NCBI GenBank assembly: GCA_963828665.1
Contig: CAWHFL010000011.1
Span: 156,550-220,549, forward strand
Reading direction: 5' to 3'
Length of the DNA: 64,000 bases
From: an uncultured beta proteobacterium
Lineage (GTDB): Bacteria > Pseudomonadota > Gammaproteobacteria > Burkholderiales > Casimicrobiaceae
The position numbers were made by a program, and so were the translations under genes. This document shows, piece by piece, positions 26,351 to 35,673 of the stretch. Position 1 is the stretch's first letter, and every line of letters begins with the position of its first letter. Below the pieces are notes generated by a model that saw nothing but the letters and a program-made list of their open reading frames with translations, searched no databases and was not told where the DNA came from.

Positions 26351-27757
26351 ATGGACGATTATCGCAACCGCACATACGCAGAGATCGCCGTCGGCGAAAC
26401 GGTGACGGCTGAGCACGTCGTAACCGTGACCGACGTCGAGGCGCTCGCGCTCGCCGCAGGCAGGATCGAAGCATTTCATCTCGAAGACGGCAAGGCATCG
26501 CAGGACGGTCTGGCGGTCCAAGGCGCTGCCGCGGTGGCGCTGATCGCCGGCGTGCTGTCCCGTCGCCTGCCGGGACCGGGGAGCCGGATCATCGGCACCC
26601 GGTTCGAGTACGCCGGAACCATCAACGTCGGCGATGTGCTGAGCGTGACGGTAACTGCGACCGCGCGGCGGCGGGACGATACCCATACGATCGAATTTAC
26701 CTGCCGCTGCGAGAACCAGCGCGGCGAGGTGCTCGCAACCGGCGCGGCCCACGTAATGGCGGCGACCGAGCGGATCGCCTACAGCAATCTCGCGACGCCC
26801 GAGCAGATCCTGCGCCGCAACGATGGTTTCGCGCCGATCTTCGCGGCGTGCGAATCGTTGCCGGCGGTGACTTGCGCGATCGTGCATCCCTGCGATCGCG
26901 ATTCGCTGCTCGGCGCCGTCGAAGCCGCCAGGATCGGATTGATCGTGCCGGTTCTGGTCGGTCCGGCCGCCAGGATACGCGCGGTCGCCAAGGCCGAAGG
27001 CGTCGATCTGTCCGCCTACCGCCTGGTGTCGACCGAGCATAGTCATGCCGCTGCCGCCGCCGCGGTAGCGATGGCGGGTGATGGTGAAGTCGAAGCCTTG
27101 ATGAAGGGCAGCTTGCACACCGACGAGCTGATGTCCGCCGTCATGGCCACGGCCGCGGGACTGCGCACCGCCCGCCGCATCAGTCACGTGTTCATCCTCG
27201 ACGTGCCGAGCTATCCGCGGTTGCTGATGATCACCGATGCGGCGATCAACATCGCCCCGGATCTTGCGGACAAGGCCGACATCTGCCGCAACGCGATCGA
27301 TCTTGCGCATGTGCTGGGCCTGTCGGAGCCGAGAGTCGCCGTCCTCTCGGCAGTCGAGACGGTGAATCCGCACATTGCCTCGACCGTCGATGCCGCCGCG
27401 CTTTGCAAGATGGCCGAACGCGGCCAGATCGTGGGCGGCATCATCGACGGACCGCTGGGCTTCGACAATGCGATCAGTGCGGATGCCGCCAGGATCAAGC
27501 ATATCGAATCGCCGGTCGCCGGCCGTGCCGACATCCTGCTCGTTCCCGACATCGAATCGGGGAACATGCTGGCCAAGCAGCTGCAATACCTGGCGGGTGC
27601 GGGCAGCGCGGGGATCGTGCTCGGCGCCCGCGTGCCGATCATGCTGACCTCGCGCGCCGACTCGGTGCGCGACCGGCTCGCCTCGACCGCGGTGCTCAAG
27701 CTGCTGGCCCACAGGCGCCGCGAGACGAGCGCCGCGAGCCTGGCGCAACCGCAATGA
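26351..27757 (+). CDS. Bifunctional MaoC-like hotdog domain / phosphate acetyl(butyryl)transferase
   Basis: The N-terminal ~145 aa is hotdog-like (GDVLSVTVTATARRRDDTHTIEFTCRCENQRGEVLATGAAHV). The remainder is PTA_PTB-like (HVFILDVP, GPLGFDNAIS, LVPDIESGNMLAK). Confidence 0.85.
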   Translation: MDDYRNRTYAEIAVGETVTAEHVVTVTDVEALALAAGRIEAFHLEDGKASQDGLAVQGAAAVALIAGVLSRRLPGPGSRIIGTRFEYAGTINVGDVLSVTVTATARRRDDTHTIEFTCRCENQRGEVLATGAAHVMAATERIAYSNLATPEQILRRNDGFAPIFAACESLPAVTCAIVHPCDRDSLLGAVEAARIGLIVPVLVGPAARIRAVAKAEGVDLSAYRLVSTEHSHAAAAAAVAMAGDGEVEALMKGSLHTDELMSAVMATAAGLRTARRISHVFILDVPSYPRLLMITDAAINIAPDLADKADICRNAIDLAHVLGLSEPRVAVLSAVETVNPHIASTVDAAALCKMAERGQIVGGIIDGPLGFDNAISADAARIKHIESPVAGRADILLVPDIESGNMLAKQLQYLAGAGSAGIVLGARVPIMLTSRADSVRDRLASTAVLKLLAHRRRETSAASLAQPQ

Positions 27758-28938
27758 CCGCAACGATCCTGGTGCTGAATGCGGGATCGTCGAGCCTGAA
27801 ATTCACCTTGTACGCCGACAACGCTTCCGGCCCGCGGGCGCTGTTGCGCGGCCAGATCGAGGGCATGACGATGAAGCCGGCATTCGCCGCCCGCGACGCG
27901 CAGGGGCGGCTGGTGCAGGAACGCGACTGGCCCGACCGCGACTCGCTCGGTTACGCCGGCGCGGTTGCCTATGTGCTCGACTTCGTGCAGCAGCATCAAG
28001 GTCAGCGCACGCTTGCGGCCGTCGGCCACCGCGTCGTGCACGGCGGCGAGGAATTCGACGCGCCGGTTCGGATCGACGCTGCCGTGCTGGCCCGGCTCGA
28101 GCGACTGGTGCCGCTGGCGCCGCTGCATCAACCGCACAATCTGGCGCCGATGCGGGTCATCGCCGAGCGTGCGCCGACGCTGCCGCAGGTCGCCTGCTTC
28201 GACACGGTGTTTCACCGCACTCAGGAGCCGGTCGCACGGGCGTTCGGATTGCCGGCCGAAATCACCGCCCGCGGCGTTCGCCGCTACGGGTTTCACGGCC
28301 TGTCGTACGAATATGTCGCTGACGTCTTCGCGCGTTACGATCCTGCGGCCGCGCGCGGACGTGTCGTCGCGGCGCATCTGGGCAACGGCGCCAGCATGTG
28401 CGCGATGCACGCCGGCAGGAGCGTTGCCACCACGATGGGATTCACGGCGCTCGACGGCCTGATGATGGGAACGCGCGCCGGTTCGCTCGATCCCGGCGTG
28501 GTGCTGTATCTGTTGGACGAGCTCAAGATGGACGCACGCGCGATCGAAAGACTCCTGTACCACGAGTCGGGACTACTCGGCGTATCGGGCGTGTCCGGCG
28601 ACATGCGTATGCTGCTTTCGCGCGACGATCCCAGGTCGGCGTTCGCGATCGAGCTTTTTTGCTACCGCGCCCGGCGCGAACTCGGCTCGCTGGCCGCCGC
28701 GCTGGGTGGCATCGACGCGATCGTCTTCACCGGAGGTATCGGCGAACATGCTGCGCCTATCCGCGCGCGCATCTGCCGCGACGCGGCGTGGCTGGGTGTA
28801 GCCCTCGACGAACGAGCCAACGCCGCTGGCGGCCCGAGGATCAGCGGCGAAGGCAGCCGCGTCTCGGCGTGGGTGATCGCGACCGACGAGGAGTCGATGA
28901 TCGCGCGGCATACGCTGGCCGCGCTCGAAGCCGCCTGA
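27754..28938 (+). CDS. ackA: Acetate kinase
   Basis: MTATILVLNAGSSSLKFTLY, HRVVHGG and FTGGIGEH. The ATG overlaps the preceding stop (ATGA). Confidence 0.93.
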   Translation: MTATILVLNAGSSSLKFTLYADNASGPRALLRGQIEGMTMKPAFAARDAQGRLVQERDWPDRDSLGYAGAVAYVLDFVQQHQGQRTLAAVGHRVVHGGEEFDAPVRIDAAVLARLERLVPLAPLHQPHNLAPMRVIAERAPTLPQVACFDTVFHRTQEPVARAFGLPAEITARGVRRYGFHGLSYEYVADVFARYDPAAARGRVVAAHLGNGASMCAMHAGRSVATTMGFTALDGLMMGTRAGSLDPGVVLYLLDELKMDARAIERLLYHESGLLGVSGVSGDMRMLLSRDDPRSAFAIELFCYRARRELGSLAAALGGIDAIVFTGGIGEHAAPIRARICRDAAWLGVALDERANAAGGPRISGEGSRVSAWVIATDEESMIARHTLAALEAA

Positions 28939-28942
28939 AGCG

Positions 28943-30130
28943 CTACGCCGCCTTCTGCGCCGCGGAGGCCGCCAACTGCTGCTCGACCAGTGTGACCCAG
29001 TAGCTCGCGCCAATCTCCAGTGCCGCGTCGTTGAAATCGTAATGCGGGCTGTGGATGTTGTGCGTGTCGGGTCCGCTGCCCGCCCCCAGCCAGACGTAGC
29101 AGCCGGGCTTGGCCTGCAGCATGAAGGCGAAATCCTCGCTGCCCATTTCCGGCGTCGGGTCGGTCTCGACATGCTCGGCACCGACGACCGCCGTCGCGGC
29201 GGCCAGTGCGTGGCGCGTCTCGTTCTCGGCGTTGACCGTCGCGGGATAGCGGCGCTCGTAGCGCACGGTTGCGCTCATCTCGAAAGTTGCCGCGACGCCG
29301 GCGACGATCGTGCGCATCCGCTGCTCGATCAGATCCTGCACCGCGGGATCGAAGGTGCGGACCGTTCCGCGAAGGACCACTTCCTGCGGAATCACGTTCC
29401 AGGTGTCGCCGCCGTGCACCTGCGTCACGCTTACTACGCCAGCGGCGAGCGGATGGAGGTTCCTCGAGACAATCGTCTGCAGCGCGTTGATTGTCTGCGC
29501 GACGAATAGCATCGGATCCTTGCCCATGTACGCCATCGCCGCGTGCGCCCCCTTGCCGACGGCCGTAATCTCGAAAATGTCGTACGCGCCCATCAGCGGG
29601 CCTGGTCTCAGCGCAAACGAGCCCAGCGCCTTGCGCGGCCAGTTGTGCATGCCGTAGACCGCGCGCATCGGGAACTTGTCGAACAGGCCCTCCTCGACCA
29701 TCACGCGCCCGCCGCCTTCGTTTTCCTCGGCCGGCTGAAAGATGAAGTAGACGGTGCCGTCGAAGCGGCGCCGCCGTGCCAGCGCCTTGGCCGCGCCCAG
29801 CAGCATCGCGGTGTGGCCGTCGTGGCCGCAGGCGTGCATCCGGCCCTCGTGGCGCGACGCATAGGCGACCCCGGAGCGTTCGGCGATATGCAGGGCGTCC
29901 ATGTCTGCTCGCAAGCCGATCGCGTCGCTCCCGCCGCCGCAGCGAAGGACGCCGACGACACCGGTCTTCGCGAGCCCGGTATGCACGTCCAGGCCGATGG
30001 CTTCGAGTTTTCCCGCGACGAATGCGCTGGTGGCCGTCTCCTCGAACGCGGTTTCCGGGTGCGCGTGGATGTGGTGCCGCCAGTCACGCATCTCGGTGTC
30101 GAGCGAAGCAACTTCGGGCACGATGTTCAT
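28943..30130 (-). CDS. M20D-family amidohydrolase (hippurate hydrolase / N-acyl-amino-acid amidohydrolase type)
   Basis: 395 aa with WRHHIHAHPE, LRADMDAL and HACGHDGH metal-binding motifs. Confidence 0.85.
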   Translation of the reverse strand: MNIVPEVASLDTEMRDWRHHIHAHPETAFEETATSAFVAGKLEAIGLDVHTGLAKTGVVGVLRCGGGSDAIGLRADMDALHIAERSGVAYASRHEGRMHACGHDGHTAMLLGAAKALARRRRFDGTVYFIFQPAEENEGGGRVMVEEGLFDKFPMRAVYGMHNWPRKALGSFALRPGPLMGAYDIFEITAVGKGAHAAMAYMGKDPMLFVAQTINALQTIVSRNLHPLAAGVVSVTQVHGGDTWNVIPQEVVLRGTVRTFDPAVQDLIEQRMRTIVAGVAATFEMSATVRYERRYPATVNAENETRHALAAATAVVGAEHVETDPTPEMGSEDFAFMLQAKPGCYVWLGAGSGPDTHNIHSPHYDFNDAALEIGASYWVTLVEQQLAASAAQKAA

Positions 30131-30224
30131 CGTCTTCTCGCCAGAGATCTTTCGGATGCACGATCTTAGCGCAATCGGTGCGAGCCGTCCGCTGCGCTAG
30201 AATGGCGAGCGCCGCCAAGCCCGA

Positions 30225-31736
30225 ATGAACGCTACTCCACCTGCGATTTACGACCTCGCCGTCATCGGCGGAGGCATCAACGGCGCCGGCATCGCGCGCG
30301 ACGCCGCCGGCCGCGGTCTGTCGGTGCTGCTGGTGGAGAAAGACGACCTTGCCTCGCACACCTCGTCGTGGAGCACCAAGCTGATCCACGGCGGCTTGCG
30401 CTATCTCGAGCACTACGAGTTCCGCCTGGTCGCCGAATCGCTGTCCGAGCGCGAGGTGCTGCTAAGCATCGCGCCGCACATCATCGAGCCGCTGCAGTTC
30501 GTGCTGCCGCACGAGCCTCATCTGCGGCCGGCGTGGATGATCCGCTGCGGCCTGTTCCTGTACGATCACATAGGCGGCCGGAAGACGCTGCCGTCCTCGT
30601 TCGGCGTCGACCTCGGCACAAGCCATTGGGGCGCAGGGCTCAAGGACAGCTTCCGCAAAGGTTTCGTCTACTCGGACGCGCGCGTCGACGATGCGCGACT
30701 GGTAGTCCTCAACGCGATCTCGGCGCGCGAGTTGGGCGCGGAGGTCCGCGTGCGGACGAGACTCGCGGCGGCCCGTCGCGAGGGCGACCTGTGGCGCGCG
30801 ACGCTGGTCGACGCCGCCGGACGGCGCCAGGATGTGCTCGCGCGCGTACTGGTCAATGCCGCCGGACCCTGGGTCAAGGACCTGCTGGACGAAATCAGCC
30901 CGGACTCGATCCGCGCCGCCGTCCGGCACGTCAAAGGCAGCCACATTGTCGTGCCGCGCGTGCATGCCGAGCCGCATGCCTACATCCTGCAGAATTCCGA
31001 CCAGCGTATCGTTTTCATCATCCCGTTCGAGCAGAATTTTTCGCTGATCGGAACCACCGACGTCCCGGTCGCCTACTACGAGGCGCCGAGCATTTCGACC
31101 GACGAGATCGATTACCTTTGCTCGATCGCCAATGCCTATCTCGCGCGTGAAATCGCCGCTAGCGACATCGTGTGGACCTACAGCGGCGTTCGGCCGCTCT
31201 ACGACGATGGCTCGGACGACCCGTCGGCGGTCACGCGCGACTATGTGCTCAAGCTCGATGTCGCCGACCGCCGCGCTCCCCTGCTGTCGATCTTCGGCGG
31301 CAAGATCACGACCTATCGTAAGCTGGCCGAGCACGCGCTTATCCAGCTGCGGCCGTTTTTTCCGCAAATGCGCGCCGCCTGGACCCACGCTCAGCCGCTG
31401 CCGGGCGGCGACCTGCTGCCCGGTGGACTCGCGGCATGCGAGCGCGCGCTGGTCGCACGCTACGCTGAGCTGCCCGCGACCCTGCTCGCAGCGCTGGCGC
31501 GCCGCCATGGCTCGCGGGCGCCACGTGTCCTGGCCGATGCCCGCGTGCCGGCGGATCTGGGTGCGCATTTCGGGCACACGCTTTACGCTGCCGAGGTCGA
31601 TTATCTGGTCGCGCACGAATGGGCGATCGAGGCCGACGACGTACTCTGGCGGCGAACCAAATGTGGCCTGCACATGAGTGCGGACGAGCGTCGTGCAGTC
31701 GCCGCATATCTCCGCGCTCGCGGCGGTTCTGCTTGA
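30225..31736 (+). CDS. glpD: Aerobic glycerol-3-phosphate dehydrogenase
   Basis: 503 aa with FAD motif DLAVIGGGINGAGIARDAAGRG and SSWSTKLIHGGLRYLE. Confidence 0.92.
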   Translation: MNATPPAIYDLAVIGGGINGAGIARDAAGRGLSVLLVEKDDLASHTSSWSTKLIHGGLRYLEHYEFRLVAESLSEREVLLSIAPHIIEPLQFVLPHEPHLRPAWMIRCGLFLYDHIGGRKTLPSSFGVDLGTSHWGAGLKDSFRKGFVYSDARVDDARLVVLNAISARELGAEVRVRTRLAAARREGDLWRATLVDAAGRRQDVLARVLVNAAGPWVKDLLDEISPDSIRAAVRHVKGSHIVVPRVHAEPHAYILQNSDQRIVFIIPFEQNFSLIGTTDVPVAYYEAPSISTDEIDYLCSIANAYLAREIAASDIVWTYSGVRPLYDDGSDDPSAVTRDYVLKLDVADRRAPLLSIFGGKITTYRKLAEHALIQLRPFFPQMRAAWTHAQPLPGGDLLPGGLAACERALVARYAELPATLLAALARRHGSRAPRVLADARVPADLGAHFGHTLYAAEVDYLVAHEWAIEADDVLWRRTKCGLHMSADERRAVAAYLRARGGSA

Positions 31737-31747
31737 GCGCGGCGCCG

Positions 31748-32543
31748 ATGCGGCCGCTCGCCACCATGCCCGCCGCGGCGTGCTCGGCGATGCGCGGCGT
31801 GCTCGCCGACATCGACGATACGCTGTCGACCGGTGGCAGGATCACCGCCGAAGCGTACGCGGCAATGGAGCGGCTGCGCACCGCGGGACTGCTGTTCATC
31901 CCGATCACTGGACGCCCCGCGGGCTGGTGCGATCACATCGCCCGCATGTGGCCGGTCGATGCGGTCGTCGGCGAAAACGGCGCGCTGTATATGCGCCATG
32001 ATGACGCCATGGGGAGGCTCCGCAAGCGCTACGCCGCGACCGAGACTGAGCGCGCCGCCAATCGCGGGCGTCTCGTCGCGGTCGGAGAGTCGATTCTGCG
32101 CGCGGTGCCCGGCACGGCGCTGGCATCCGACCAGCCGTATCGCGAAAGCGATCTCGCGATCGACTTCTGCGAAGACGTGCCGCGCCTGCCGGACGAGGCG
32201 ATCGACCGCATCATGGCCCTGATGCGCGCTGCGGGCATGACGGCGAAGATGAGCTCGATCCACGTCAACGGCTGGTTCGGCGCGTACGACAAGCTGGCGA
32301 TGACGCGAAGCCTGCTGCGCGATGAATTCGGGGTCGACGTCGATGCCGAGCGCGAGCGTTTTGTCTTTGTCGGCGATTCGCCGAACGATGCGCCGATGTT
32401 CGAGCATTTCCCCTATGCGGTCGGCGTGGCCAACGTGCGCAAGTACGCGGGACGCCTGTCGAGCTCTGCCGGCGTACGTCACCGAGGGAGCGTCGGGCGC
32501 GGGCTTCGCCGAGCTGGTCGCGCACTTGCTCGCGACGCGCTGA
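31748..32543 (+). pseudogene. HAD-IIB family hydrolase, apparently interrupted by a +1 frameshift near 32459-32463
   Basis: Frame A carries the HAD motifs DIDDTLST, ITGRP and FVGDSPNDAPMF up to VANVRKYAGRL. The expected tail ALPAYVTEGASGAGFAELVAHLLATR-stop is in the +1 frame and ends at 32543. Frame A itself runs on to 33313, antisense to the next gene. Confidence 0.6.
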
Positions 32544-32614
32544 CGATCGCGCTTCCGGCGCGCGATACAGTCACGGCGGGCAGGCCGCCGCATGCGGATC
32601 GCATCGCCGGCCGG

Positions 32615-34099
32615 CTACTTCGCCAGCGCGACGAGCCCGGCCATGTCGATCTGCTGGATCGCGCCCTGCAAGGTGGCGGCGTCGACGCCGTTGCCGCGCA
32701 CCGCGACATTGAAACGCTCAGCAAGAATGATGCTGATCTCGCCGTTTTTCGCGCGGCGATCGTAGCGCTCGTGGACGATCTGACCGTTGACCTTGCTCGT
32801 CCTCTCATAGCCGGTGTCGGTTTCTTTTTCCATGCTGGGGTCGAATCGGGACGCGAGCCCGGCCAGTCCCGCCAGCGACCCCATGTCGGAAATATCGACG
32901 TTCATCGATGCGCCGGCGCCGTCGGTATAGCGCGCGGTCGCGCTCGAACCCTTGATGCCCATCGCCTCGCCGCTTTGGCCGGTGGCTTCGACGCGTTTCA
33001 TCCCGGCCAGCGTTTCGGGCAGCATTTCCCTGAGCTTGCGGAAGTCGACCGGCTGCACATCCTTGCCGCCGGCTACGATGGCGCCGACCGCGTTCAGGGC
33101 AGCGGTCATGTCGGCGCTCGTCTTGGAATCAGGCGCAGGATGGGCGGTTGCCTTCTGGGCATCTTCGCCGATCTTCTGCAACTGCGACAGCGCCGCGCTG
33201 ACCCGCGCCTTGTCGGCGTCGGACTTTGCGCCGAATATGCCGGAGATCATCCCGCTGGCGTCGGTTGCCGCGGCGCCGCCATCCGGAGCGCCGAGCCGCC
33301 CCATCGCGCCTAGCCCCGCCAGACCCAGCCCCGCCACGGCGCAGCTGCTCAGGATCCCGATGACGACCGAAACGACGATCGCGCACAGGATCAGCACGAT
33401 CGTGTAGCCGGCCGATTTCTCCTTCGGGCAACGCATCAGTACCGGCAAGCCCGCATAGAGCAGGTACAGCCCATAGCAACCGGCCAGCAGCGCGAGCATG
33501 CCCAGGGCGGGAACGAGCTGCAGAATGCCGGCGACCCATGCCGGCGTGTAGCTGTAGGCGGTCAGCTTGAGCGCGCGGAGCCGATCGCGCTGGCCGCCGA
33601 AGCTCGGTGCCAGCATGTCGACCAGCCAGGCGATGACGAACACGCTGACGAACGACAGCAGGTAGCCGAGCAGCGCCGTCGCTGCGCCGGCGACGACGCC
33701 GATGCGGATGTGGCCGAGCAATGGAACGTTGTAGCCGATGACCGTGTGGCCGATGAATCCCGCGATGGCGCCGATCGCGGCCAGCGGGGCGACATAGCGG
33801 CCGTAGATCGCGCCCGCAGACGAGGGCTCGGCGGCAATGACCGGCCATTCCGCCGATGGCGTAAGGAGGATCGCCTTGATGCGCCCGACCAGGCCCGCGC
33901 CGGCTTCACCGGCGGACCTCGGCCCGGGGACACCAGCCTCGAAGCCCGGCTGCGGCGTGGGTCCTGACACCGATTCCGCCTCACTCGCCGCTGTGGCGGG
34001 AGGCGCGGGGGCGGTTGGCGCCACGACCACCGGGGCGCCGCAGTGCGGGCAGAACTTCATCCCCTCGGCGACGAGCTGACCGCACTGGGCACAAAACAT
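32615..34099 (-). CDS. Zn-ribbon / Yip1-like multipass membrane protein with an uncharacterised C-terminal soluble domain
   Basis: MFCAQCGQLVAEGMKFCPHCGAP (CxxC-x10-CxxC), a Pro/Ala linker, about five hydrophobic helices, then ~220 aa soluble. GGAGA lies upstream of ATG 34099. Confidence 0.65.
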   Translation of the reverse strand: MFCAQCGQLVAEGMKFCPHCGAPVVVAPTAPAPPATAASEAESVSGPTPQPGFEAGVPGPRSAGEAGAGLVGRIKAILLTPSAEWPVIAAEPSSAGAIYGRYVAPLAAIGAIAGFIGHTVIGYNVPLLGHIRIGVVAGAATALLGYLLSFVSVFVIAWLVDMLAPSFGGQRDRLRALKLTAYSYTPAWVAGILQLVPALGMLALLAGCYGLYLLYAGLPVLMRCPKEKSAGYTIVLILCAIVVSVVIGILSSCAVAGLGLAGLGAMGRLGAPDGGAAATDASGMISGIFGAKSDADKARVSAALSQLQKIGEDAQKATAHPAPDSKTSADMTAALNAVGAIVAGGKDVQPVDFRKLREMLPETLAGMKRVEATGQSGEAMGIKGSSATARYTDGAGASMNVDISDMGSLAGLAGLASRFDPSMEKETDTGYERTSKVNGQIVHERYDRRAKNGEISIILAERFNVAVRGNGVDAATLQGAIQQIDMAGLVALAK

Positions 34100-34486
34100 C
34101 AATCTCTCCGGCGCTTGAGGTGGACGCGATTGTGCACTGGCTGGGCAGGCGCTTCAATGTGCGCAACCCGGACGCAAATGACGGTGCGCGGCACCGCGGC
34201 TTTGCCCGGACGTTCTGCCAAAGGATCGTTCGGGCGCACCAGGCCGTTCTTGAGGTGAGTGGTTACTTCCGCTCTATGTCACTGCGGCAAAGATCACCGT
34301 CGCTATCCGGCGACACCCACCCTGGGCCGCAGGCATTCCAGTCCCTTCTGTACAACACACATCGGCTCTCGGTACGATAATTGCATCTGCAGCACAGCGT
34401 ATGATGGCAACCCCGGACGCGCCGAGGGTCCGCGGCGCCAGGGGTAGCGCGCGGAAGAACGCCTGTAAGCGACCGGCACGGAGGAA

Positions 34487-34759
34487 GTGATGACGCGTTT
34501 TGGCTTCAACATTCGCACGCGCAGCGGCCAGCGGGTCGACAACATCTGCATCATGGCGGCGAAACGCGAAGACGCCGAACGGCGCCTGCGGCAGATGTAC
34601 CACCACTGCCAGGTCATCAGCTGCAACAGCGAGTCGGTCCGTCGGAGCGATCCGATGGACATCGAAGGCGTCATCAGTATCATCAGCAACACCGACGCCG
34701 TCGCCATGGGCGTGCCAACGATCGCACGTTCGATGCTACGCAAGTCCGGCAGTCACTAG
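34487..34759 (+). CDS. Hypothetical small protein (90 aa)
   Basis: GGAGGAA Shine-Dalgarno 4-5 nt upstream of the ATG. Composition is non-repetitive (MMTRFGFNIRTRSGQRVDNICIMAAKREDAERRLRQMYHHCQVI). I recognise no family. Confidence 0.4.
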   Translation: MMTRFGFNIRTRSGQRVDNICIMAAKREDAERRLRQMYHHCQVISCNSESVRRSDPMDIEGVISIISNTDAVAMGVPTIARSMLRKSGSH

Positions 34760-35497
34760 CTCGTCGACCAATGCCCTGTAGTCGCGCGCGCCGGTGCTCG
34801 TCGGCGCGTAGCGGAACACGTCGAGCTGCCGCGCCGGGCTCTCCGCGAGACTTACGTTTTCGGCAATCCGGGTCGCGCAGATTTCCTCGGGGCGAAACGC
34901 CATCGCCATCAGATCTGCCACTTCCGAGCTCATCTTGCGGCGCGCATCGAATCGCGTCAGCAAGTAGCGTCGCGGCAGGCGCGCCTTAAACACCGGCTCC
35001 AGCGCGTTGAGCGCGCGTTCGACTTGTTGGGCGCCCTGCAGCGCCAGGTAGTCGGCGGACACCGGTATCACCACCAGATCGCAGGCGAAAATCGCGTTCA
35101 GCGACAGCACACCCAGCAACGGGCAGCAGTCGATGACGACCGGCCCGGGCGCGACACCGGGCACACGCAGTGCGGTGCGCAGTCGGGTCACCACGTTGAC
35201 GCCCTTGCCCAGCATTGTGTCGAGCTTGGACAAATCGAGGTGGCCCGGACACACCATGACGCCACTGGCCGCGATTTCGGTGATGTCGGCAAGCGGGCGT
35301 TGGCGCACGAAAAACGAATAGACCGAATCGTCGGCCAGCCGCGGGCGCACGCCGAATATGCCGGACAGGTGCGTCTGCGGATCGAGGTCGATGGCGAGCG
35401 GGCGCTGCTTGCGCTGCGCAAGACCCGCCAGCAGGTTGAGCGCGGTCGTCGTCTTGCCGACGCCGCCTTTCTGGTTGAACACGGCAATGACCGTCAT
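34736..35497 (-). CDS. Orphan ParA/MinD-like ATPase
   Basis: 253 aa with deviant Walker [23 protein letters not shown]. This is a second ParA paralog in the window, with no adjacent ParB. Confidence 0.85.
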   Translation of the reverse strand: MTVIAVFNQKGGVGKTTTALNLLAGLAQRKQRPLAIDLDPQTHLSGIFGVRPRLADDSVYSFFVRQRPLADITEIAASGVMVCPGHLDLSKLDTMLGKGVNVVTRLRTALRVPGVAPGPVVIDCCPLLGVLSLNAIFACDLVVIPVSADYLALQGAQQVERALNALEPVFKARLPRRYLLTRFDARRKMSSEVADLMAMAFRPEEICATRIAENVSLAESPARQLDVFRYAPTSTGARDYRALVDELVTAGLA

Positions 35498-35673
35498 TGC
35501 GGATGCTTGACTGATGCAAAGGTTTTCGAAACGGTGGTCGGCGCCGCGGCGCGCGACTTAAGATCGCGCGGTATGCGCGGCATTTTCGCACGGTTCGCGC
35601 GCGAAGCGCGACACGTATGGCCGGGGAGCGCAGTGCCGGTAGCCCGAGCAAAAATGCGATAATTCACGCCCTG

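Noticed and set aside
31619-33313. 564-aa plus-strand ORF read as one protein
   Set aside because: The first part overlaps the glpD 3' end out of frame. The middle is the HAD hydrolase. Everything after about 32460 is an out-of-frame run-on, antisense to the Yip1-like gene. I interpret it as a frameshifted HAD gene.
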